Of a DNA stretch of 64,000 nt, positions 48,425 to 55,262 are shown piece by piece. The position numbers were made by a program, and so were the translations under genes. This stretch comes from Promethearchaeota archaeon (GTDB lineage: Archaea; Asgardarchaeota; Thorarchaeia; Thorarchaeales; Thorarchaeaceae), in assembly GCA_048939765.1 (NCBI GenBank), contig JBHLPF010000010.1, forward strand, positions 11,723 through 75,722, read 5' to 3'. Each line of letters starts with the position of its first letter. The first letter of the stretch is position 1. Below the pieces are notes generated by a model. It worked only from the letters and a program-made list of their open reading frames with translations, ran no database searches and had not been told where the DNA came from.

Positions 48425-49168
48425 TCATTGATTTCGTACAATCGAAAGCATCTGTAAGGAAACGATTGCAATCCAAAGCAGAGGGGCAATTATCCCGACT
48501 CTTTGAATCAGTCCTTCTATTGCAGACAACCTGGTCGTCGCAAAGGTGATCCAGAGAGTAATCCCAGCGCCATTACCCAGGAGTGCCATCAATAGAGTAA
48601 AGCCGCCAAGTCGTTCCCACACAGGATCCCGTCTTATCCGGAAATACAGGACGAACAGTGACATGGCAATCAGCATACCCGCAAGTGCGGATGATATCAT
48701 GTGCATGATGCCTGTGGGATTTCTTGTCAAGAAATTCGTACAGTCCTGATCACAATGGAATATACCGCCGCCAATTAGACCGATGCCGCCTAGAACAAGC
48801 ATCGAAGGTCCAACCTTGGAACCATCTCCGTCATTCAAGAATGGATGAAGTCCCAAACCGAAAATCGCCACCAGCAATCCAATGATTATCACACCTAGAT
48901 TGAATAGCCATCCCCGAAGTCCTTCAACACCACCCAGAATGCTCATCATGTCAGTCATCTGGTTGTATCCTGGTTCTAGAAATCCAAGACCGAATACGAG
49001 TATCAGATAAAGAAAGGGGGCAATAACACCTGCAATAGCTGCAGACAATTTCCTAACGTCTTGACTCAAACCACCAACTCCTTTCCAGGCTACTGGAGAT
49101 GAACATTTGCTCCTAGCCATAACGACGATGACAAATACGGCTGAAACACTGCCAAGTGCAACTACCAT
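48425..49168 (-). CDS. DUF998-like membrane protein
   Basis: It has about 6-7 TM helices. The pattern LEPGYNQMTDMMSILGG after TM1 resembles the DUF998 PGY...S.LG signature. Confidence 0.5.
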   Translation of the reverse strand: MVVALGSVSAVFVIVVMARSKCSSPVAWKGVGGLSQDVRKLSAAIAGVIAPFLYLILVFGLGFLEPGYNQMTDMMSILGGVEGLRGWLFNLGVIIIGLLVAIFGLGLHPFLNDGDGSKVGPSMLVLGGIGLIGGGIFHCDQDCTNFLTRNPTGIMHMISSALAGMLIAMSLFVLYFRIRRDPVWERLGGFTLLMALLGNGAGITLWITFATTRLSAIEGLIQRVGIIAPLLWIAIVSLQMLSIVRNQ

Positions 49169-49425
49169 TATGAAACTTATGTCTAATCTAGTCCTCAGTT
49201 AACCGTTAATGATGCTTTGAAGATACTTCTTGGAACGGCAAAGTCCTCGGATTTTATTGAAGAGATTGAGGACCCTCAGATGGAGTATTAGAAGGCCAAG
49301 GGATTCCCATATCCTGCCTGAAAATAAGTCATTGATTAAGAAATAAAAGGGAAAAAAGGCAATGAACTATTGAAGGCGAGGTTGGGGCCTCGACAAGCAC
49401 AGTGGAAGTCCCGAGTTCAGGTCGT

Positions 49426-49650
49426 CTAGACCTCTTCGCCTTCACCAGGAGTCTGAAGCTCAGCTATCTTTTCATCGATGTTCTTGATGCTATCCTCAAG
49501 ATGTGACTTGAATGCCTCAAGGCGTTTGATAGCTGTTTCCTTACTCTCGAAGTCTGAGCAGCAATCAGAGAACCCAAAGATGCCTGGCATCATACCAAAG
49601 CCAAAGGCATGTCTAGGTCTTCCCCTCATACCGTGATGTGAATCACACAT
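49426..49650 (-). CDS. small Cys/His/Gly/Met-rich protein with coiled-coil C-terminus (DUF5320-like), translationally coupled to padR
   Basis: The ATG at 49650-49648 overlaps the padR TAA stop (TAATG). GGAGGTGA lies 10 nt upstream, inside the padR 3' end. The sequence is MCDSHHGMRGRPRHAFGFGMMPGIFGFSDCCSDFE followed by a helical tail. Confidence 0.55.
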   Translation of the reverse strand: MCDSHHGMRGRPRHAFGFGMMPGIFGFSDCCSDFESKETAIKRLEAFKSHLEDSIKNIDEKIAELQTPGEGEEV

Positions 49651-50231
49651 TATTCGTTTTTCACCTCCCACTCCTCTTCTTCACTGCTGAGCTCGACCAA
49701 CTGCTGGTTGACCCATTTGAGTTCGGTTTCAAGGTAACGTCGATATTCCTTTAGATACTCTAATCGCTCCTGAACACAGTTAGGAGATTTACAGCAGGCG
49801 TGCTTCATCGCTGCAAATCCTGTCGGGCTTCTATGACGTGCCATGTTCTCAAAAAGAATAGACGCAGTTTCCCCCCGAACTGCACTTCCCAGAAATCCCC
49901 AGAATCGATCGTGCATCTGCATTTCCCCTCCCATGTGACTAAGCACTCGAGACAGTACCTCTTCACCACTTGGTGTGAGGGAGTATTCTATTGCATCCGG
50001 ACGAATTTCTTGCTGGACTCTCTTGCCTTTGATAAGGCCTCTCTTGGAGAGTCTGCGAAGAGCAGGGTATAGTGTCCCGCTCTTCAACAGTATTCCCAGT
50101 TGTTCTTTCAGGCCCGAGAGTATTGCATATCCATGGGCAGGCCCCTGTCTCAGCTGCGCCAAGATGAGGAGCTCCACTCGACTTATGGTCTTTCTCGGCG
50201 GGCCCATTCTTCTAGGTCCGGGGAATTCCAA
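49650..50231 (-). CDS. PadR-family transcriptional regulator with Cys-containing C-terminal extension
   Basis: The PadR wHTH signature LLILAQLRQGPAHGYAILSGL...GTLYPALRRLSKRGLI is present. The extension contains KHACCKSPNC. The TTG start has GGTGA 11 nt upstream. Confidence 0.85.
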   Translation of the reverse strand: MEFPGPRRMGPPRKTISRVELLILAQLRQGPAHGYAILSGLKEQLGILLKSGTLYPALRRLSKRGLIKGKRVQQEIRPDAIEYSLTPSGEEVLSRVLSHMGGEMQMHDRFWGFLGSAVRGETASILFENMARHRSPTGFAAMKHACCKSPNCVQERLEYLKEYRRYLETELKWVNQQLVELSSEEEEWEVKNE

Positions 50232-50249
50232 TTATGTAGTCACCAACTT

Positions 50250-50287
50250 ATGTAGAGTTCTACATATACATATGTAGACGCCTACAT
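50250..50287. promoter_or_regulatory. two PadR-type ATGT-N8-ACAT operators overlapping the padR promoter
   Basis: ATGTAGAGTTCTACAT is at 50250-50265 and ATGTAGACGCCTACAT is at 50272-50287, 22 bp centre to centre. On the minus strand, TTTATATG (complement of 50285-50292) is a TATA-box candidate. Confidence 0.65.
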
Positions 50288-50375
50288 ATAAACATTGGCG
50301 TCCTAGTCATTTGGCGAAGCCTCTACAGATTACTTCCGCCTACGCAATATTCAGTCTTCAGTTACAACCTCAGCT

Positions 50376-50936
50376 TCAGCTTTCCTTCGCTGTTGCATAG
50401 AAGAAGAATAGGGTAGCTATTGCTCCAGCAATTGTGCGGAAGTACAACATTATGTCCGTGAGAGCCGTTGGCCATGCAAAGCCAAACACCTTGTCGAGCA
50501 GTAGCATGATGCACCAAATGAGGAACACAAGTCCCGTTAGAAGAGCCATCCCGCCATACTCGTCACGCATCAACAGGACCGATACTGCGAAGAGCAGCCA
50601 TGCCACGGCCACAATCGCGCCGCCCACCTCCGTGCGCCAGATTGAGCTAGTATCCACCCAGGGATATGCGATTGGGTCAATGACCCAGAGCATGTGTAGG
50701 AAGTGATAGGTCACAGTATGAAACAGCAGGACCAATGCTGTGAGAATGTGTATTGGATTGCCACTCTTCCGGTAGAATACCAACACACCCAACATCACTA
50801 GCACCATGGCGATGAACACAAGCCCGAGGTATTGGTCACCGGTCATAGTAGTATAGATATTGATCCATCGGGCCAAGGTGTAAAGAATAGCTCCGATAGC
50901 CCCAAGAACTAGGAGAGCTCTATTCGCATTACTCAT
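50376..50936 (-). CDS. membrane protein, unknown function
   Basis: The 186-aa protein has about 6 hydrophobic helices. I recognise no motif. Confidence 0.6.
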   Translation of the reverse strand: MSNANRALLVLGAIGAILYTLARWINIYTTMTGDQYLGLVFIAMVLVMLGVLVFYRKSGNPIHILTALVLLFHTVTYHFLHMLWVIDPIAYPWVDTSSIWRTEVGGAIVAVAWLLFAVSVLLMRDEYGGMALLTGLVFLIWCIMLLLDKVFGFAWPTALTDIMLYFRTIAGAIATLFFFYATAKES

Positions 50937-51204
50937 ATCAATCTCTCCTCCATTGAAGGGATATTCTAGGTGTTTACCCCTTCCACAGGACTATTGTCAT
51001 AGCTATTAGAAAACACTTCCGGCCAGGCTGCGTTCATCAACTACACTCACAGAGATTCAGTGCAAAGTGAGGGTTCAAACTGGGATTCGCCTTGGTGCTG
51101 GAATGAGGCATAGGAGGATTATCTAATAGGAAGCTAGCCATCTATTAGGTAACTCATTGACTCTGAGAGAAATGCCCTTAAGACCAGAATCTTGATGCAT
51201 TGCT

Positions 51205-52431
51205 ATGCTTGAGGTCACGCTTGACCAGGCCAGGAGATTCATCCTCGACACTCAGGGTCTCAGGACTGGTCGCCAGAGTCGTTCAGTATTGGATGTTGCG
51301 AGAAGAATTCACTCCATCCAGATTGACACCATATCAGTTGTGACTCGAAGTCACAACCTCATCACATGGAACAGGTTCCCGAAATACAAAGAAGGCGATA
51401 TCTGGAGGGCGCAAAAGGAAGGGAAGCTGTTTGAATGGTGGTCTCATGCGATGTGCCTTATGCCCATGGAAACGTATCCCTTCACAGCATGGCGCAAGCA
51501 ATTCTATCCAGAGGAACTATGGCACTCGTTCAAAAAGTGGGTTGTCGAGAATAAGGACACCATTGAGCAGGTGTACCAGAAGGTCAAGAAGGATGGTGCT
51601 GTCAACAGCGCATCTCTTGGTGAAAGGACGACGAAGTCAGATGGTTGGTGGGATTGGAAAGTTGAGAAGAGGGCTCTTGAGTATCTCTTCTATATAGGGC
51701 GGCTAATGGTGCCCTATCGGAATGGATTCCAGAAGCACTATGATCTTACAGAGAGAGTCCTCCCAGCTGGAATTGACACTGAGCCACTCTTGGATGATGA
51801 GGCGGCAGAGTTTGTGGTGATGACGACATTGGGTTCCTTGGGCCTGGGTAGCCAAGAAGATGTCAGAAGCTACATGGGTCGAATGCCATCTCGAGTGTTT
51901 TGGAAAAACAAAGCCGCAGCTGTTGAAGAGTACCTAGAGGAGTTCGTTCGGGATGGAGTAATTGAAGAAGTTTCGATTCCAATGCTGAAAGATCGCTATT
52001 TCGTACTAAAGAAGAACCTTCGTCGACTCAGAAAGGCATCCAATCAAGATAGCGCCCAGGCGCCAGTCAAATTCCTGAGTCCATTTGATAATATCATTCG
52101 GGAACGCCACTATCCGAAGAAGATTTGGGACTTTGAATATGCCCTTGAGTGCTATACGCCAGCTGACAAGCGCAAGTACGGTTACTTCACTCTTCCGCTC
52201 CTTGATGGAGCCAATCTTGTTGGTCGCGTCGACGCAAAGGCTCACCGAAAGGAAAGCGTGCTAGAACTAAAGTCACTTTATCTGGAAGCAGACTTCTGGA
52301 AAACAGATGATGGAATCGCAAGACTAGTCGAAGGTTTGAAGATTCTTGCTGATTTTCACAAAACTGAGCGACTAAAAATCGAAAAAGTGCGTCCAAAAGA
52401 GGCAAAATCGCTGATTTTGAATCAAATTTGA
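51205..52431 (+). CDS. YcaQ/AlkZ-like winged-helix DNA glycosylase family protein
   Basis: IHSIQIDTISVV carries the Q-hydrophobic-D motif of the YcaQ branch. RKYGYFTLPLLDGANLVGRVDAKAHRKESVLEL is a family hallmark. Confidence 0.8.
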   Translation: MLEVTLDQARRFILDTQGLRTGRQSRSVLDVARRIHSIQIDTISVVTRSHNLITWNRFPKYKEGDIWRAQKEGKLFEWWSHAMCLMPMETYPFTAWRKQFYPEELWHSFKKWVVENKDTIEQVYQKVKKDGAVNSASLGERTTKSDGWWDWKVEKRALEYLFYIGRLMVPYRNGFQKHYDLTERVLPAGIDTEPLLDDEAAEFVVMTTLGSLGLGSQEDVRSYMGRMPSRVFWKNKAAAVEEYLEEFVRDGVIEEVSIPMLKDRYFVLKKNLRRLRKASNQDSAQAPVKFLSPFDNIIRERHYPKKIWDFEYALECYTPADKRKYGYFTLPLLDGANLVGRVDAKAHRKESVLELKSLYLEADFWKTDDGIARLVEGLKILADFHKTERLKIEKVRPKEAKSLILNQI

Positions 52432-52554
52432 ATGATTGTGGTTCTTACGAAAAGAATTATGTGCATTGATGTGAACCAACTTGTAGATACGTAGTGTGTG
52501 GAACTAGAGACTTGGGTCATTGTTACAGTATCTATTTCCTAGGAGAGTTTGAAA

Positions 52555-53166
52555 ATGAGCGATTCCCGATGGACACGTTGGTATAAGGCGGTCCTCATAG
52601 GCGATGGAGCCGTCGGGAAGACAAGTCTCAAGAGAAATTACCTTGGCGAGGACTTCATGGAAGGGCATCTTCCTACAATTGGCGTCGACTTTGCGCAAAA
52701 GACAATCGAATATGAAACTGGCACTGTAAAGTTCATCATTTGGGACCTTGCGGGTCAACCATCCTTTGAAAGGGTGAGGCGTCATTACTATCAAGGAGCG
52801 AACGGAATTTTCCTCGTATATTCCGTTAATGACAGGAAGTCATTCGACAATGCCACCAAGTGGCTGGTTGAGGCTTACAGGTATATGGGTAGTCTGCCTC
52901 CAACAATTGTGATAGCAAACAAGGTAGATCTCCGTCCCACTGACCATGGCGAATCCATGATCTCCACTGAAGAGGGTATCAGATTCGCGAGTTTCTACCG
53001 AGAACGAATGGAAGTTCCAACATCATTCAGAGAGACCTCAGCTCTCACTGGTGAAGGAGTTCAGGATGCTTTCAGCGAACTCATCAGCCTGATGAGTGAA
53101 ACCGGGGAGGTCAACATTCCCGAGCAGGCAGAAGTACGAAAGACAAGTTCTGAAACAAAAATCTAA
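52555..53166 (+). CDS. Rab-like small GTPase (paralog 1 of a tandem pair)
   Basis: G1 is GDGAVGKTS, switch I is LPTIGVDF, G3 is WDLAGQ, G4 is ANKVDL and G5 is ETSALTG. The ATG at 52555 has AGGAGAG 7 nt upstream. Confidence 0.9.
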   Translation: MSDSRWTRWYKAVLIGDGAVGKTSLKRNYLGEDFMEGHLPTIGVDFAQKTIEYETGTVKFIIWDLAGQPSFERVRRHYYQGANGIFLVYSVNDRKSFDNATKWLVEAYRYMGSLPPTIVIANKVDLRPTDHGESMISTEEGIRFASFYRERMEVPTSFRETSALTGEGVQDAFSELISLMSETGEVNIPEQAEVRKTSSETKI

Positions 53167-53304
53167 ATTGAAAAGTCATTTGGCACAATAGCACTAACCT
53201 TATCTTGTGTGCTGTAACTGAAATTCGTCAGCATGTCCTAGGGAGCACCCGAGTGCGCTTAATAAGGGCAAATGAATGCATTGACGAGCATGGAGATGTG
53301 GTAA

Positions 53305-53892
53305 TTGCGAGACCAGGATGATGGAAGCTTAATCTACAAAGCGGTTCTAATCGGCGACGGAGCAGTTGGAAAGACATCCATACGTCGCAATTATCTGGGG
53401 GAGGACTTCATTGAGGGCCACCTTGCAACAATAGGAGTTGACCTCGCGACCAAAAAAGTGGTCTTTGGCGAGAACGTCGTGAAATTCATCATCTGGGACT
53501 TAGCAGGCCAGCCAACCTTTGAGAAGGTACGGGGTCACTATTATCACGGATGCAACGGGATTGTGCTTGTCTATTCTGTTGTCGATCGAGACTCCTTTGA
53601 CAATGCCTCCAAGTGGTTGGTTGAAGCTTTCAAGAATATGGGACCCCTGCCTCCTACAGTAATTGTAGGGAACAAGATTGATCTTCGACCTTTGCGGTCA
53701 GCAGACAAGATAGTGACCACTGATGAAGGTCTGAAATTCATGGAGTACTTCATAGATAAACTTGGAGTTCCTGCCATCTTTAGAGAGACCAGTGCAAAGA
53801 CAGGCGAGAACATCCTTGATACATTTGAGGAACTTCTTCGCATGATGTCTGAGGCTGAAACTGGAAAAGAGTCTGACAAATTCGTTGGCTGA
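53305..53892 (+). CDS. Rab-like small GTPase (paralog 2 of a tandem pair)
   Basis: G1 is GDGAVGKTS, G3 is WDLAGQ, G4 is GNKIDL and G5 is ETSAKTG. It has a TTG start. It shares long identical runs with the upstream paralog. Confidence 0.9.
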   Translation: MRDQDDGSLIYKAVLIGDGAVGKTSIRRNYLGEDFIEGHLATIGVDLATKKVVFGENVVKFIIWDLAGQPTFEKVRGHYYHGCNGIVLVYSVVDRDSFDNASKWLVEAFKNMGPLPPTVIVGNKIDLRPLRSADKIVTTDEGLKFMEYFIDKLGVPAIFRETSAKTGENILDTFEELLRMMSEAETGKESDKFVG

Positions 53893-54039
53893 AGTATCCA
53901 AGAACCCTGCAAATTCAATTCATTTACCTGAAGTCTAGCCCTAGGAAGGCGTGTACTGTTTAGAAGACGCGTCATTCCGAATACGCCCCATGTTTGCTGG
54001 TCGCTTGCCGAATCGATTTATGCGAAATATTTCAATTTG

Positions 54040-54116
54040 GATATATCGTGTTCGATACATATATAAAGCATGGTGGTGATTATAATACAGTCCCGATATA
54101 TCCTTCCGGATATAAA
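54040..54116 (+). promoter_or_regulatory. two phased GATATATC dyads upstream of the small YHS gene
   Basis: The first pair is GATATATC at 54040-54047 with GATACATA at 54054-54061. The second pair is GATATATC at 54095-54102 with GATATAAA at 54109-54116. Each pair is offset by exactly 14 bp. TATA-like boxes overlap the second half-sites. Confidence 0.45.
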
Positions 54117-54216
54117 CAGTCTTGGGAAATCTGAGCAAGGGCTCATGCCGCAATAAAACGATTGTCAGCGTTCACAGATCCTGATGGCTGCATTAAAGGG
54201 ATTGCAGGTGAATAAA

Positions 54217-54369
54217 ATGCCGAAATGTCCAGTTTGTGGTATGATGGGAAAACCCCACATTAAATCAACCTACAAGGGGAAGACATACTATTTCATGAGT
54301 TTCCAGCATAAGGAGATGTTTGACGCAAATCCAGAGAAATTCAACCTTGAAGTGGGAGTTGACGAATGA
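54217..54369 (+). CDS. small YHS/TRASH-clan metal-binding protein (variant)
   Basis: The sequence is MPKCPVCGMMGKPHIKSTYKGKTYYFMSFQHKEMFDANPEKF. GGTGA lies 5 nt upstream of the ATG at 54217. The track start at 54184 is also possible. Confidence 0.7.
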   Translation: MPKCPVCGMMGKPHIKSTYKGKTYYFMSFQHKEMFDANPEKFNLEVGVDE

Positions 54370-54423
54370 TCACGGCACTACTCTGATCCAACAACGTAAG
54401 ATCATCCTTGTGCTTTTAATCAG

Positions 54424-54450
54424 CCCCCCACTTCCCCTCCTTTTTTCCCC
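54424..54450 (+). terminator. polypyrimidine / oligo-T tract downstream of the YHS gene
   Basis: The tract CCCCCCACTTCCCCTCCTTTTTTCCCC contains a T6 run at 54441-54446. Archaeal termination commonly uses oligo-T tracts. Confidence 0.35.
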
Positions 54451-54472
54451 ACACGACTCTAATATCTCCACT

Positions 54473-54494
54473 GATATATCCCATTCGATATATT
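54473..54494 (+). promoter_or_regulatory. phased GATATATC dyad upstream of the PadR-TRASH gene
   Basis: GATATATC is at 54473-54480 and GATATATT at 54487-54494, a 14-bp offset. The second half-site merges into the TATA-like sequence ATATATTTATATT. Confidence 0.45.
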
Positions 54495-54680
54495 TATATT
54501 TCTCCACTCAAAGTTCTTGCTAAATTGGCGTACAGATAGTGAGATCGAGGAATGGCCCCAGCAAATACGCAACTTTTATGGGGCTGATGCCTTAATAGAG
54601 CCGCAGTTGTTGCAGAGAATCCCTGGAAGCAAGACGCTGCGGACCACAGGTAATTCGGGCTCCAAAAGGGTGTTAGTACA

Positions 54681-55151
54681 TTGGCAGAAGAGAAGGCAAT
54701 CCAGAAAATGAAGGAAGCGGATCTTGACATACAAGAAATGCTGGCTGATTTTTCTCAATTCTATATAATATTGATGTTGAACGAGAAACCCTCGCATGGC
54801 TATGGTCTCATGAAGGGATTTGAGCGCCGAACGGGGAAGAAACTGAGTCCCGGAACACTCTATCCGTTTCTACAACAACTTGAAGAAAAGAAACTAGTTA
54901 CCCAGAAGCAACAGGATGTTGGAAAGAAACGGAAAATCATCTACTCGTTGACAAAGAAAGGCAAGACATTGAGTGACCGGCTGTTCAAGCGTTTTGCAGC
55001 AATTACTGCTTCTGCACTTGGATCCAGTCTTGAGGTGTGCGCAAGCTGTGGTGCCCGGATCTATGAGGGTAGCCATCACGAAATAGTGGATGGAACTAAT
55101 CTTGCCTTTTGTTGTATTCATTGCGCAAAGGCCTTCAAACAGAGCTTATAA
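54681..55151 (+). CDS. PadR-type wHTH fused to a C-terminal TRASH metal-binding domain (candidate copper-responsive regulator)
   Basis: The PadR core is ILMLNEKPSHGYGLMKGF...GTLYPFLQQLEEKKLV. The C-terminus CASCG-x20-CCIHC (nt 55038-55148) fits C-x2-C-x19-22-C-x3-C. The start is TTG at 54681 or ATG at 54708. Confidence 0.8.
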   Translation: MAEEKAIQKMKEADLDIQEMLADFSQFYIILMLNEKPSHGYGLMKGFERRTGKKLSPGTLYPFLQQLEEKKLVTQKQQDVGKKRKIIYSLTKKGKTLSDRLFKRFAAITASALGSSLEVCASCGARIYEGSHHEIVDGTNLAFCCIHCAKAFKQSL

Positions 55152-55196
55152 CCTGTGACTACGGGCCCGCATCAGGAGTAGCCAGAACTAAATACT

Positions 55197-55218
55197 TATA
55201 TATCGTACACGATATATC
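55197..55218 (+). promoter_or_regulatory. phased dyad / perfect palindrome in the copA promoter
   Basis: TATATATC is at 55197-55204 and GATATATC at 55211-55218, a 14-bp offset. ATATATCGT-AC-ACGATATAT forms a 9-bp-arm inverted repeat. The first half-site doubles as a TATA box about 60 nt upstream of the copA ATG. Confidence 0.5.
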
Positions 55219-55262
55219 GGATAGGACATTAACTAGTAGGCTTCCTACCAGGGTGAAGAGAG

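Noticed and set aside
51125-51150. The inverted repeat CTAATAG-N13-CTATTAG lies upstream of the YcaQ-like gene.
   Set aside because: It is a single occurrence with 7-bp arms, has no associated regulator gene, and there is no recognisable TATA box overlap. I could not distinguish it from chance.
53941-54153. A 70-aa minus-strand ORF covers the GATATATC dyad region.
   Set aside because: Its translation (MRHEPLLRFPKTVYIRKDISGLYYNHHHALYMYRTRYIQIEIF...) is simply an A/T-rich promoter read as protein. It has no RBS or motif.
54517-54711. A 64-aa plus-strand ORF lies in the leader of the PadR-TRASH gene.
   Set aside because: It has no RBS and an Arg/Lys/Gln-rich, unstructured-looking translation. 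It overlaps the regulator's start out of frame, so the region is more likely a 5' UTR.
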